A stretch of 64,000 nucleotides of DNA from Eledone cirrhosa (Eukaryota). The stretch covers positions 127,100,001-127,164,000 of the forward strand of contig OZ024740.1 in assembly GCA_964016885.1 (NCBI GenBank). Direction: 5' to 3'. A model generated the notes under the pieces. It was not told the origin of the DNA and ran no database searches. It saw only the letters and a list, made by a program, of their open reading frames with translations. The translations under genes were made by a program, and so were the position numbers. How positions within the stretch are numbered: position 1 is the stretch's first letter; each line of letters opens with the position of its first letter. Shown one piece after another: positions 41,521 through 58,080 of the stretch.

Positions 41521-42477
41521 TGTGTGTGTATGAGCATCGGAGATGGAGTGTGTGTGTATGCTGCATAAGTAGATGTATATATATATATATGTTTGTGCGT
41601 GTGTTCTTGTGTATTTTGCATTGAACACTACATTAAATATAACAATAGTTATATTAAATATGTATTATGTACTAATTAACATTTACTACTATTACATATA
41701 TAATAGACATTCTTTCCCTGTCAGGTGCGGAAATCGCCGGTTTCCGATGGCAAGCATGACTTACATAAAACTCAAGTGGAGATCTGTTCCTTTATCCCGG
41801 TGATTTGTTGATGCAGATATCATTGTATCAGATACAATAGGGAAATGTAAGTATTTTAACACTTAAATAATTGTCAGAGGCATATATCCTCACAAATATC
41901 AAGTGGAATCAAGAAGCTACGAATCAGTTAGAAATTGTTAATACGACATCCCGAATGAAAATCTAGTATGCTATATGTCTCACTGCTGAATCTGTAATTT
42001 ACGATCAGTGAGTCAACTTATATCTATTAAATAAAAATATCCCTTCATTGTAGCAATAATCACTCAAACATTTGAATGTCATCGTAACCAGCTCGGTATG
42101 TATACTACTATATTTGAGACAATACAATCAAAATTCGTAGAAATATTGAAGTACTGTTTCCATTTCATGGTGAAATACTTTAGTTATCGATAGTATGTGG
42201 TGTAAACAAGAGAGATTATAAAGTATGCGATGTTTACAGCATCAAAAACGTTAGTTAGGAACCTCTACATATGATCCATATTCTTCTCATATTATTCCTG
42301 CTTCTCTCTTGCTGTGGCAATCATATCCATTGTTCCACTAACAACGGAAAACACTCTACTATTCCGGAGGACATCATCAGCAATAAACACACACACCCAC
42401 ACGGACATACATTAATATATTGTTATATTTGGGGAGGGTCAAACAAATTCATCGCCTATATATATGTATATATAGAA

Positions 42478-42600
42478 ATTAATAAAAACAATTAATAAAA
42501 ACAAAGAAACAGTTCCTTATATTAACAAATCCATCATTTTACGATCGTTTCTAGGATACATATGTGTATGATGGTATGTATATCATGTAGATCTATGTAA
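42478..42600 (-). mobile_element. 3'-end fragment of the PLE family at 60.1 kb (half HHR)
   Basis: Aligns with about 60093-60218, including CATTTTACGATCGTTTC. Confidence 0.75.
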
Positions 42601-42614
42601 TATATATATATATA

Positions 42615-45229
42615 TATATTGGTAAAAGGAAAAGAAAATGCTGACAAATTGTTCCCAGTGAAAAATTAGTTTAATTAGGAATAAGTAAAAATTAGTAATA
42701 AGTATTGGTTAGTATTCAGTTTTAGTTTTAAGTTTTTACCGGTTGCGCATTTCTAATGCTTTTCAAAAATAATTTTGAAATAGAGCGCCCGTGATGTTTG
42801 CTCTAATCTGATTAGTTTTGGAAATTCTACCTGTTTTATGTGAAAAAGGTGGCTCCAGAGGTATTAAAATAAGTTTCGCGCGAATTCGTGTTGCAAAAAT
42901 TCTTGTGGTCAAAACAATTTTGATTGGTCGGTAGAGGTCACGTGAATGTTAAACATTGATTTTGCGCCAAATGTAGGTTTGTCGAAATGGGATCAACACG
43001 AATATTAACTTTACGATGGAATACAGCCATCAACAACTCCCATTCCTCGATATCCTCATTAAGATTCATAACAAAAAAATAGAAACAGACATATACTACA
43101 AGCCCACAGACTCCAAGCAATACCTCCCCTTCAACTCTTGCCACCCTAGACACGTTAATATTAATATTCCCTACAACTTAGCCTAGAGAATCTGTACTAT
43201 AGTCTCCAATAAAAACACCTGTTACTTACGGCTACAAGAACTAAAGGACACACTCATAGGCAGGGACTACCCCTGCATCACTAATTGACAATGGAATCCA
43301 ACGTGCCCTAAAACTCAGTACCCAGGACCTTAGACACCCTAAAGTAAATCAACCGAAACTAAAAGCTATTCCATACATCTCCACACACATCCCCCTCAAC
43401 AATGAGGCCTTTGACACCATCCTCCAGAACATCCCTGTGTTAAAAAAAGACCATAGAATGAACCAAATCCTTCGAACACACGATATCATAAAGAGCAAAA
43501 GACAATCTAAGTCAATGAAAAACATCCTAACACATGCCAAAGTACTGCCAACCACAACAACGAAACCCGCAGTAAAAAAATGCGATAGACCCAACTGTGG
43601 CATATGCATCAACCTAATAGAGGGTTCGGAATTCTATTTCAAAGAAGGACAACGTTTTATAGTAAAACACAATTTCACATGCGCATCAGAAAATCTAATA
43701 TTTGTATTGACTTGCTCAGGTTGTCGAGAACAACACATAGGCCTGACCAAAATCAGCCTCCGCCAACGCATTACTGTCCATAGATCCCAAATTAAAATAC
43801 GGGAATACAGGAAAATACCACTGAGTGAACACATTGATACCTGTGCCGCCCCAAATCATCCCAACTTTATATTCTTTCCCCTCTACAAATTTAAAGATAA
43901 TGCCACCCACACCCAGCGCATCAGCAAGGAATTTAACTTTATTAACAAATACGGACCCCGTCTAAACACTTCTCCTTAAGACGAACCCACAACATACACA
44001 CATCAACATACATACCTACATCAGTATACATCCTACATACATCTCTATCCACATATAAACACAATGACATACGTAAACACACATGTTCTATGGTGCAACA
44101 CAAATATACACAAATTTGCATACATTTTGATGTCTATAGATATAAACGTGCCGACACACACACACATACATATACGCACACATGCATTGCACACTGATGG
44201 GCACATACATATTTGTACACAAGTATTCCAATACGGCAGGGCCTAATGGATTCCCCTTGCAGTACATACAATATGGACACTCACACACACCTTGGTGTTA
44301 TGACAATACTATATATCATTTCACACCTTTTATGATTAATGTTTTTGATGTTCTTTTGAGAGAATCGTTTTTACTGAAAATATCGAATATGTACACCATT
44401 TTTACTAGTATCACAAACATACTGCGCCCCCCCCACCCTCACCCACACCCACACACACACATATACACATACACACACACATATACACACACACTTACAC
44501 ACGCGTACACTGATATACAAAGAGACATATGCACACACATACACACACTTCTCTGTATAAGACAAGAGCTGAAATATATCTTTCAACATGTTAAAATATC
44601 CCCCACACACGTACAGACACATTCCTACTGACCGATCCCTCTACCACGAATTACTCTGCTACACACACACACACACATTTGTCTTAATAGGCACCTGAAC
44701 AGTTGACCTTTCAACATGACTCCAATTCACACACACATCCCTACTGACCATTATCACAACAATGAAATTCTTTACTACACACACACACACACACACACAT
44801 ATTTGTCTTAAAAGACTTCTTTTTCGGGAACTTCTCAATCAGGCGAAAAAGAACGCTCTTCGACAAACCTACATTTGGCGCAAAATCAATTTTTAACATT
44901 CACGTGACCTCTACAGACCAATCAAAATTGTTTTGACCACAAGAATTTTTGCAGCACGAATTGGCGCGAAACTTATTTTAATACCTCTGGAACCGCTTTT
45001 TTCCCATAAAACAGGTAGAATTTCCAAAACTAATCAGATTAGAGCAAACATCACGAGCGCTCTATTTCAAAATTATTTTTGAAAAGCATTAGAAATGCGC
45101 AACCGGTAGAAACTTAAAACTAAAACTGAATACTAACCAATACTTATTACTAATTTTTACTTATTCCTAATTAAACTATTTTTCACTGGGAACAATTTGT
45201 CAGCATTTTCTTTTCCTTTTACCAATATA
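42615..45229 (+). mobile_element. 5'-truncated Neptune-like PLE with ~370-bp inverted terminal arms (42615-42986 and 44859-45229)
   Basis: Arms are near-identical reverse complements. The interior encodes RT thumb and GIY-YIG. Confidence 0.9.
43030..43979 (+). pseudogene. PLE RT thumb, Cys-knuckle linker and GIY-YIG (Neptune-like)
   Basis: ETDIYYKPTDSKQYLPFNSCHPRH..NIPYNLA*RI; KKCDRPNCGIC...FTCASENLIFVLTCSGCREQHIGLT..LRQRITVHR...PRLN. Confidence 0.88.
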
Positions 45230-45327
45230 TCACAACTCGTGTGTTACACCTCTATTCTTTTAAATATATATATATATATATAAATATATATATCTAAATA
45301 TATATATATAAATATATATATATAAAT

Positions 45328-45404
<77 letters not shown>

Positions 45405-47389
45405 AACACCCAGCTACACGCACAAATACAAACATACATACATACACACATACATATATATATATATATTTATACATATTCACTGTCAAATACATACTAT
45501 CATACATCATATTCATTGACTTCATACTTTCCTTCTACTTACCATAGTTACTGCCATTTATTTTTTACATTCAGCCTAAACTTTATCACGCAATACAAAA
45601 ACAGTATATTAGAGATATAACGCTAACAATATTTCCATCACCACTATAAAGATTACAGTAGATGTGCCAGTAACGTAGTATGGAAAATATCATCCATTCT
45701 GTGAGAAATAGCAGACAATTATTCACACCATCTTAAATATATAGATCACAATAGCTAATTTTAAACGCTGCCCACTATGTTTAGTAAAGGAAAGATGGCA
45801 TATTAACGGTTTCATTACTTGGATTTAAGATTACACAACCAGTGTCAATTTGAGTCTAAACATCACCAGAAACAAAAACAAATGAGTTAAATTAATTGCC
45901 TAATTGATTATTAAACTCTAATACGTTAACATAACACTGATGGTTTCCACGAAAGAAGTTGAATGTGCTTTAACACGTATTTGAGGAATAATTTATATAG
46001 AGGCTTGATGTCTCAAGAATATAGAAATTAGAACATTCTATATAATATTAATCTTAGGCTTGTAGCTTGAGCCTTGATCATGATCCTAACATAACGAAAG
46101 AGTGTGATCTACAATAACTACGTTTTGACGAAAGTTTTGACAATGAAATTTAGAGAATGGTAATATGTTCAATATAGCAACCTATGGTTTAATTCAGTAA
46201 TGGGTTAAATTGCACCTTATTTTTAAGTATAGCAGTTTTCTGTGTTTATCATTTAAACCATTCTCTTCTGTAGTTTTAACATTTGATAGTTCCGGTAATT
46301 CAAGGCTTCGCTACTGATCTATGATAAGATCACAATATGCCCAGTCTACACTCAATTTTCCTTAAATCGTGTAACCGGATTGATTACACTTTCTTACTTG
46401 AAAAGAATAAATGCAACTATGTGTAAAATTCTGGATCACTACATCTTTATCTTGCATTCTGTCTATCTTGCAGCAACTATCTCTGCGAATCTTTGGACAA
46501 TCATCATATTATGAACAGAGTAGTGTTCAGCAATCGTTGCAGTTTAGATCCCACATGCCAAGCACATCTTTGCATGATGTGCTAGTTTAAGCCATGTCTT
46601 TTGACGTATGTTGCTTATGCCAACGCAAAACCATTAACAGCATATATTCTCGCGCTTCATTCTCTGAAATATCGAGTTTATTTTTCTTGTCAAAAGCGAA
46701 ACGTTATTGAGATGCACAATACGGTACAATACAATATGAGATAAGCAAGGAACAAAAGAAAACGTTGGGATGAGCTTTTGTTTCTGTTTGGGATACATGA
46801 TATGATTTATATCGGAAATTCTCTGAATGAATCATGTCCATCTCACACTCCCATTTTTTTTCTTTGTATATATTACAGTTGCTTACTCAATACGCATAAT
46901 TACTTGGTATCAAATTGTTCTGAGTATTCACTTAAACTTTAATAACCTCGAAAACAGGATGGACATTCACTACATCCCATTTCTATTAAAGTCGAGTCGT
47001 TGTCATGTGTGGTGTGGATGGGTTAATGTATTATAGTCTTTTGTTTAGAAAATAAAATTATGAAAATTTTACGATTGTACCGTTTGTAAAATAGATTTCA
47101 TCAATGATAACAGAAAAAACATACACAGAAACCTATAATTATCATCTTTGATGTATTAGACACACAGGATTCCCTATTTAATTTGTTTGCCACCTTCATT
47201 TTTATATTTATTGCAATGATATTTTGTAATATTTTTCATTATTTTTCGTTTTGTTTTTATATTATGTCTCCATGATTAACAGCTTACGTTTCTCTTTCAC
47301 TTGGCGTTATATCATGAGAATATACGGTGCTATTAACTAGCCGTTTTACGAAAGACAATGAAGAAGTAAGATATAAGTGGAAAAGAGTC

Positions 47390-47426
<37 letters not shown>

Positions 47427-47862
47427 TTGTGGGTGTGTGTGTGGGTGTGTGTGTGAGTGTGTGTGTGCATACATATATACACATCAATATATATATATAT
47501 ATATATAATATATATATATATATATACATATATATAGTCATATATATATATGTATATATACATAAACACATATACATACATATACATATATATTCATATA
47601 TTACTTGTATTTATTTATGGGTGTGCGTGTATGTAGGAAGGCATATATTGTATTCCGTTATTTTATGAACATCCGTTAGAGAGTGATATAAATCTACTGT
47701 CACTTTCTGTTACTTCACTACGTATTTCGTCCATATGTTGTATGCTCCCTCCATTTCGGAGAGATCGTTGTCTCTCTCGTTCACTTGTTTCGTTCCGTTT
47801 TACCTGGAAATTATTTGCATCTTTTTCTGTCAACTTGTCTCTTTACAGGAGAGTATATTGTT

Positions 47863-48280
<418 letters not shown>

Positions 48281-48359
48281 ATATATATATATATTTTTTT
48301 TATATATATATATAAATGCATGTGTCCTAAAATAACGTTCGCACCCTGTATATATATAT

Positions 48360-48568
48360 AACGAAGAAAGTGTAGTAAGGAACCAGGTGGACCATAGCGT
48401 ACCAGAGTACTCGATACTTTGGTAGTAGAGTGGGTAATAAGAAAAGAGTGAGGACCTCGACGGCAGAGCTCAAGCCGTTTCGACGGCTATTTCTGGACTT
48501 TCCAGAAATAGACATCGAGCCATCGAAACGGCTTGAACTCTGCCGTCGGGGTCCTGACACTTTTCCCA
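48360..48568. mobile_element. Family F fold-back element, TA-flanked
   Basis: Homologous to 34138-34337. Inversion point near 48500. Confidence 0.8.
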
Positions 48569-49373
48569 TATATATATATATATATGTGTGTGTATGTATA
48601 TATATATGTATGTATGTATTTATGTATATACTCATAACCCAAAACACACGCACACACACATATATAGAGATATACAAATTCACAGACATTTGTTTATATA
48701 AATCCTAGTCACAATTTCAACCTTTAGTTTGTTTTTTTTTCTTTTCTATAACTTTTCTTTATTTTTAATACATTTATTTTATCTCAACCCCCAGTAAATC
48801 AGAAAATGCAAAATGTTTAGAGTTTCAGCATATTTATATCAAAACGTTTCTACTACATAGAGTCGGAAACCCGACGGTTGAGCTCTTGCCGTTTCAACAG
48901 TTAGTTCTAGACACATTGCGGAAGGCTTGGTGATTAACTGGCTGTATCATCAGTTGCTGTGTGTTGTCCAAATATGGGCATACTTTATTTATCCAATTGT
49001 ATATTCTCTTCAATTAAGTGAGTGTTTTATATATGGTTAAGGAGTAGATGTGTCGATACCTGGATTAGTGAGTGTTTATATGTATGTGTGCTACTATGTT
49101 TGCAACTGCATGCATCTGTCTGGTCAACCTGAGATACAATAATCGTAGTGAGGATTGGAATTATATTTATCGAATAAATATATTAGAGTTTGTTTGTGTG
49201 AATGTCTACCCACAGCTAAGTCTGTCGAGACCTTCACACAACAGATTAATAGAATTGGAGTCATGGTTAAGAACAGATTACCCACCTTGGTAGGAGCGAC
49301 CAGCAATAATACTGTTTGGGTCAGAAGTCGTTTAGTGTTGACAAATGACATATTAAATAGTATAAATATTAAT

Positions 49374-49560
49374 TGTTTCTACTTTTTGGCACAAGGCCAG
49401 CAATTACCCAGTGCATTACTGGTACTTTATTTTATCAACCCCGTAAGGATGAAAGGCAAAGTTAACCTCGGCAGGATTTGAACTCAGAATGGCAAGGGCC
49501 GTAACTCTATGCGTCAAAGCATGGCGTCCAACCCTCTACCGATACTGCCAATCCACCGCC
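49374..49560 (-). mobile_element. Full-length SINE S1 with perfect 22-bp TSD
   Basis: ATTAAATAGTATAAATATTAAT at 49352-49373 and 49561-49582. Confidence 0.92.
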
Positions 49561-49733
49561 ATTAAATAGTATAAATATTAATGCAGGAAAGGAGGTGATG
49601 TTACAGTCATAAGAAAGCGTCCGTTGTTTTCAAACATGCACGGGGTTTAAAATGTGTTTGATATATCACATTTTGTTCTTAGGATGGATGTGGTGAGAGG
49701 GTGGCAGTCATGTGGGTATGTGATATATATAAT

Positions 49734-49924
49734 TGTTTCTACTTTTTAGAACAAGGCCAGCAATTCACAGAGCATTGCTGGTACTTTATTTTATCGACTC
49801 CGTAAGGATGAAAGGTAAAGTTAATCTCGGCGGGTTTCGAACTCTGAATAGCAATGCGTCAAACTCTATGCGTCAAAGCATAGCGTCTGACCTTCTACCG
49901 ATACTGCCAATCTACCGCACCTTA
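49734..49924 (-). mobile_element. SINE S1, more diverged, imperfect TSD TGATAYATATAAT
   Basis: Homology to S1. Flanking repeats at 49721-49733 and 49925-49937. Confidence 0.85.
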
Positions 49925-50476
49925 TGATACATATAATAATTGATTATGCGCGAGAACGTTCAATCCTGAGCAAATATGTATAAAGTAAATGTTTTTAATT
50001 CAGTATATCGCTAATTGCTTTATTGACGTTTTTGTAAACTTAAATGAAAACATCTAAAAATTGTTAAATATATATAATTATTTTATTAACTGGTCTAATA
50101 CGGCAGATGATCTGTACCTACACATGTATGTAGTAATCTTATCCTTCTGTATGAGTTTCTATTTTGCATCAGTCAGTTGCGAGGCTTGTCCTGTATGTAC
50201 TGTTGAATCCGGATTTTCAAATTGTGTTTCTATATACATACATTGTCGTTTGACTAACACTACGTACATCTTTGTTTTGCAGTTATAAAAATCTAAAGAT
50301 GTTATTTTTATATATATTATAAATATATATATATATATAATATATATATATATATATTAACATATATGTGAATGTATTTCTAAGGGCACGCACACATAGA
50401 CACACATACATACATCCATAATACATATTTACAGTCGTATGTAATCGATTATTGAAATATAATCATGTATACGTGC

Positions 50477-50584
<108 letters not shown>

Positions 50585-51114
50585 TACATATATATAGTCA
50601 TACATACATATAAATATAAAGATGATAGATAATGTTTTATTTAAAGAGTAACATAAATCTAATCTGATATAAACCCTAACGGCATTATCAATCACTGAGA
50701 TTGTTATCATAATCTAATAGGACATTTTATATACTTGTTATATTTCTATTTTGTTTGCTTTTCAGTATATTTTTCTACATTTGTTTTCCGAAGAGAATAA
50801 TAGTTCGTTATTTATATTTTCTTCCAGATATTAATATTATTAATATTACATTTTAATTTTAGTTTTCAGAAATTCTTTTAATGACTTAATATAGACAGTT
50901 AGTTGCAATTAAGCATGATAAATATGTTGCGTTTGTTTGATTACAAGACACAAATAGAGAGAAACACAAATGCCACGATCATCTACACACACATCATTCG
51001 TATTTCTATACAAACATACCTACGTCGTAAACATAATATATACATGTATGTCTGCAGATATATATATATACACACTCATACACAACACAGATATATAGAT
51101 ATATATAAATATAT

Positions 51115-51771
<657 letters not shown>

Positions 51772-53589
51772 CATCTATCTGCGTGCGTTTGGGTGTGTAT
51801 CCGAGTGTGTTTATACTTACTTTAATATATACATGCTTATGAAATAAAACTAGGGTGAGTAAATATTAAAACGAATGAAAGAATAATTAGTCAAATATTT
51901 TTTATTCGATATGCATATTATAGGTTTTGTTAATGTAATTGGCATTCCTATATTTTTTTTATAGTTTTCATAACATTGAAAAAAGATTTCTAACTAAATA
52001 GACAAACAAACATTGGTTGAATTATAATGTTTACAAAAATGTTTGATAATGATTTTATTTTCATTTGATTTTTCTTTTATCAATTATTATTTTCACTATA
52101 TTTATCTAGATATTCATTTATTTATTTCACTGTTGCTGTACTAATGTGCAAATGATTCTGACCACCAACTTCGCCATCACCACTCTCTTTTGTTTTACAT
52201 TACACTCTTTTAATGATGTTGCATCTTAGATAAGATTCGTAGTTGTGCTAATTATATCTGTTATAGCTGTTAAACTCAAGTACTATCTAAAATACGCAGG
52301 AGTGGGTCGGAACATCTGAGAAACACGAAGAAGGAATGAATGAAAGGTAGAATAATAGAAAAATAGAATGCGGCGATGGCGAAATTTATCATATGAGAAA
52401 TATAATTAGATATCAAAATAGTTTTAATTGGTCATCAAGAGCCACTTTCCTTTTTTCTCGATCATTTTTATTTGATTATTTTCGTTTTACAATATTTTCC
52501 CCTAATGTACATTCCAACACCATTTTGATGGCAAGTTGAAAGGTTTGTTAGAATTAGTTCATAGCACTGATTATTATCAGATATTTCATGAATTCTGTAA
52601 CAAACACCGATCTTTTTGTTGATAATAGTTTCACTTTCCTTCAATAAAAAAAAGATTCGATAGTTTCTTTTCCTTTTATCTCTTTCCCTTTTTTTTTTCT
52701 ATTATCAGATATTACAAAGCCTAATTGAAAAACAGATTCAGCCGTAGACATGGCAAATGGTTCCGCACTCAATTTCACTCATTCCTTTTCATATTATTTG
52801 TATAAAATAATATTGATAATAATAATAATATTAATATCGATGGTTAGTACATTAGCCACACGGGGTTCATATTAAGAGAACAATAAAGATGGTAGAGAAC
52901 GTATGTATAGGTGTGTAAACATATTGTAACAAACTAGAAAAATAAACATTTATAAAATTTTTTGGGATCACTCGTGGAGAAAGCTCACAAAAATTACGGC
53001 CAACGTGACAGCTGAGGCAACTCACTTATCCTTGTTGCAACCCTCATGTCTACAGGTGGTGTATACTCCGATTAGATCCGTTCAGTCGGCTCATGCCTTC
53101 CATATTTTCCAATCTAGAACCTCCCTTTTCATCACTTCAAGTAAACCTGAAAAAGTTAATTACGGCTTCTTCAAAGAGAACTGTGCTTCTTTTCAAACCG
53201 TTCAAACCCATTCACCACGCGACCTCTTTTGCTATGGCGCTTCGAGGAAGATAAAAAATGCTTGTCCTTCCCGCATGAAGGAAGACGGTTGGGCGATCTT
53301 CACATTGGACACAGTTGATAGCCGGATAATTCCTACACGTAATATCATGCTTGGTCATTCGATGGTTGCGTGCAGGACGATTTCTTCGTTCAGTGGGCAT
53401 CTCGAAATGGCCGGTTGACAGTTTGCTATGCCTGTAGAGGTTATCTCGAAATGCTAATGCTTCCCGGGAGCAATGACAGTCCAGATATTTATGAGAGTTA
53501 TCCATGGCTCTTTGGATGAATGCCCTCCGGAAAACCGTGGCTAACTGATTCTAGTTGCCACACATATTTTTCCGAAGAATGCCGTCGCT

Positions 53590-53830
53590 TTTACCCTCAA
53601 CTACCTTTCTTTTGAACGTCAACGTAGATTTTTCGTCGATCATATGGTCCGATTTTCTCAAGGGTATGAGCGCTTGAAAACGATGCAGCATCCAAGCGCT
53701 CCTTATCTTCGCTCAAAACGTTGTATGTTTCTAGTGATATTCCAGTAATCTTCATTTTTGCAGAACCTTTACGTTGCTGGTACTGAAGCTCTCCCACTCT
53801 GCTTCTATGTTTTTATTTTGGGTGAAAAGT
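53590..53830 (-). pseudogene. Highly decayed RTE-like LINE C-terminal fragment
   Basis: GELQYQQRKG...KITGISLETYNVLSEDK resembles GEL..G.R..G...GI...WE.LA.DR. Confidence 0.35.
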
Positions 53831-56800
53831 GATATGTTTTTTCCCTCAATCTCCTCCAAGAATGGCTATTACTTAGCCTTCACTCATGAATCTGCATTCC
53901 ACCTTCGATCTCATATGGCAACTTCTTTTCATGATTTTTGGTCCCTTCTGCCAAGCATTTCTAAGTCTTCTCATGTCTAGGGAATTTTATTAGCTTAGTT
54001 CTCAGGCATATATATCGAAGTATTCGTATGTAGTTTTCCTCACAGCAAACGCGAAATTTATGCACATTTTTTAAAGAATTTCGTGGGTTTTTGTTAATTG
54101 TTCCTTTACATATGCTATTCTCTCTACGAGTCTCACTACACTAAGGAAGGATTTAATCTCAACAGCCGCCATGCTACAGTGCTTGTTGCTGTGAAATCCG
54201 GTGCTAGCCACTACTCATGTAGTAGAGATGAGCTAGCTGATTACGTTTGGGGCCTAATTTTTGCTGATATGAGGGCGTTCCGGTTGTTAAGCTCGTGACT
54301 CTTTCACTATACCTGTTGTTATTGGTTAGTACTATCAATCATCCTTGAGACATTACTGTAATTGATGTTGTTGATGTTCTTGTCATTTCCACAGTTAGTT
54401 TATTTGATGCTTGTCGTTCGACTTGTCGCTGAAATGCAGGTTGTTTTTGGTTACTACAGTACATTTGATAATCAACAATGAACGTCGAACTTGTGTATGT
54501 ATTATCAATGGTGGTGTAGGGAGGGTAGTGACGTTGTTTGATTTGTTGTCGATGAGAGACTGATATTTTCGTTGTTAAAATTAGCAAAGGTGATATTCCT
54601 AGAGGCAAACACTTCCGAAATGCTTGATTCTCTTCACGTTTCCTTTGAACAAAATAAGGTTAATTCTTATGCTTATATGAATCTATCTTGTTGGAGATCG
54701 ACTGATAAAATTTTGTTTTTAAAGTATAATGCCATGAGTGCAACCACAAAGGAACAAAACATGTTTTTCCGTCCCTGTCGTTACTACTATAAAAAGAAAC
54801 ACAAAATTCATCTATAACACATGCCAAAGGGGGATGTATCAAAATAATCAAAACGAAGATTTAGATTTGGCTAAATATAATTTTCGGGAAGAAATCATTC
54901 GCGTTATGGTGTTGATGCATGTTTCATTAGCTGTGTCAGGGATATACATATTTCAATTACATCGGAATTAACAAATCTAGGATCTAATTTTGTTCAATAT
55001 TGAACATAGATACATAAAGAAAATACTAAATACCTACTCTAGCCTCCTATCTTGTCTCTTCTAATGCAATCACTTTTCAGCTTCTGCTAGTAATGTCACA
55101 TTCAGAGGAATGTATCTATATATATTTCTTTCATTTATATATTGTATTTCGATTCAAAAGAATCATCAAGGTAATCTTAATAAAAATTAAACAAATAATA
55201 TTTTTACAGCTTCTAAAAATGCTATATTTCCAAGCTTATATAGATCCTTATTATTTTTTTTTTGTCAGGTTTCACTGTATAATTTTATTATCACGAGGCG
55301 AACAAGAGAAAAATTATGTTCAAAACTATGTTTCATCTTAAGAATACAAACACATTCTCTGCTTAGTCTTGCTACGTAATATTCATTGTAGATTTCTTGT
55401 TTTCGATTATTTTTATTTCTGTATTTGACTATGAACTTTCTTCTGAGAGTATGTGGATGTATTAGAACCTAATTGAATGTTGAAGTAGTGTCTCTATTTT
55501 TTCTTGTAGGAATTTTATCTTTCTTATGGTTTTACACGAAATGTAATTATAATTACAGAAGTGGCCTACTTTATGAGTTCATGGTAAATACATTTTCTCT
55601 ATATCAGCCTTGAGTCATTATAATGTAAACACTGCTATGATTTTATTTGGTTTCTCTCTATACCTTCATTCTATTGTATTGATAACCAATTGCATATAAT
55701 TAATATTAAGTGTGAGTATCGAGCTTTAATAATTACTCTGGTTTACATTATATTACATTCCGATTGATGGAACAATTTAATCTGAATAACACTTGATAAA
55801 GTGGTGATCAAATGAAATTCCTCTCATTCAAATAGTTAGCTCATCTACATTTTATATGCTTTTCTTTTCAATCATTGGGAAGAGAGTGTTACACAGATGG
55901 AAAGAGATGTTATCATTCGGTAAAACTTCGAAGAACATTTTAAATGTTTCAAAGAGTTTGCAACTGCAGATGCAGGGGATTTGGAAATATCAAATACATA
56001 CAGATAGACAGAGAACATGTAATACAAGATTGTTTCTAAAATCTAAGGAATCTGTAAGTATAAACTAAATACTTATATATTGAGTATATCAAGAAGTTAA
56101 AATCCTCGTCCTAATTCTGTCTATCACTGGAATTTTCAATTGACGTCAGATATATGACTAATGAGGAGTAAACCTCATCCACTAGAAACTATTCACCCTA
56201 TAATACAAATTATAATAACAAACAACGCTTTTTGCTTCGTTCTACATTTGAAATACATGTCTTTGTGGCGTATATTTATCTTATTTCTGCCAAGGCTTGA
56301 TAACATTCCTTCAAAGCGAGATGAATAAATTATTTGTATCATCTTGGGTAATAAACGTTGTAAGTCCATGACTGGAACCAATTAACACAATATGAATCCC
56401 AGGAAACACTTAAAATGAATTTATTGAGAATATATTTTAGAGTTCGAGAAATGTATCCATATTGGTAGGCCCAGCCACATCAACAATATATTGAGATTTA
56501 CGCATCCGGAGGCTACGTAGACACCGCGTAACATCTGGCTACATAACGTAAATTAATATAACTAATTATCGCAATGTATTTTCAGTAACAGTACCTATAA
56601 CTGTGCTAATACAATTTTGTAAGATTTTTGGTGGGGGGATTACTAAATTTTAAGGCCTTTTAAATGACATGCATATTTTAACAATATCGTCATTTATTAT
56701 GTTTCGAACGTGTTAATCATTTTTTCAATGTATTTCCCATGCTGAGTATGTGAATGTGAATGTTTGGTCGTCTGTGCTGCGTCCGAGGTGAACTCTACAC

Positions 56801-57639
56801 TGTTCAGTAGGTTGGACTCGAGAATATTCCTCATATTTTTGCCAAGCACTTAACGTAGACATTATCAAGTTTTCTCTAGAATTAGAGCAATATCTTTCGT
56901 CTTGCGTTTTGCAATTTGAGATTACTGTTCCAGATTTCCAGAGATTCAGGCCACCTGAGAGACACGAGTGAGCCAGAAACTCCCTTCTCTAGTTAAGGCT
57001 TTTAACATCTCGAGTCGAGTTTCACCCAGCACAATGACCTGGATACATTGGTGCTGTTTCATTACGTTTATGACCGCCGACGCTTAGAGGTAGTCTTCGT
57101 CCCTAGATGCAGCACATATACATCAAATTTTGCGATTTAGAAGAACAAAAATGAATTCCCTCCACCTCACAAAGGCGCATCTTTCTGAAGAGAGAAGAAT
57201 ATTAGACGAATTTTGAATAGCTAGTGTAATGACGTGCAGGATACTACTCACGAGCAAGCCTGCATATGGTCAGCCTTATTAATTTACTGGTTGATGTGAA
57301 GTCATATTTCAACATAACCCATATTCCACCTATGTCTTAAGCTTGGACGCCCTAATTTTATCTCCTGGAAACCTTCGGGCCTACTTATACTGTTAGTGTG
57401 AGTACGAAGACCTATCTCCAATCCAAGATTATTTTTAGTTGTAAAACTTTCCTAGTGTTATAAAACGCCAAAGTTAATAAAAAATTGAGGTACTGTAAGA
57501 CACATCTGTCCAACCTAATCGTATGCGCATACATAGTTCTGGCCCCATCATCAGCCAACGCTTGAGTTTTTTTAACGTTAGCTAGTTCATATATTCGTAG
57601 TGATGCATGCCTTCGCGAAATCACTTGAGTATTGCAGAT

Positions 57640-58080
57640 ATATATGCTTGTTCCGTAGACATGGAAAGGGCACACGACTCATTTTCACTGGATTTATGTA
57701 AAGTTCTGCAGGATTATACGATCGATAGACAGCTTCTCTGGCATTTAATTCCCTATACGAATTCACTAGTAGTTGTCATCAGATAAATGTGGTAAGTCAA
57801 AAATATTCAATATAGATCGCAAATTTGGCAAATGGGTGTGTATTGTCACCTGTTCACAAACTTCATGAACCACATTGACATGGGTAACCGGATTCTAAAT
57901 AGTATCATGACAGCCGAATGTAGGATCAACCAGCTAGAATTTACTGACGGTATGCCAGTAGTTAACGCATACACTATACAAGTTTGCTGTTGAGTGCAAC
58001 AAAACAGGAATGAAAATTTGTGATGTGATGATCGAGATATTAATCATCTGAAGGAAGATTTCACAGGGTGATCCAAATAG
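57640..58080 (+). pseudogene. Decayed RTE-like RT fragment
   Basis: Across frameshifts: LCKVLQDYTIDRQLL..NSLY...GKSKIF...GCVLSP...FMNHI...FTD...KFAVECNKTGMKI. Confidence 0.55.

Noticed and set aside
42305-42390. CTGATGA...GGAACAATGGATA on the minus strand
   Set aside because: GAAA is mutated and stems I and III are weak.
42615-45229. DNA transposon with 370-bp TIRs
   Set aside because: The interior encodes PLE RT thumb and GIY-YIG, not a transposase. The arms are an inverted copy of the 3' end.
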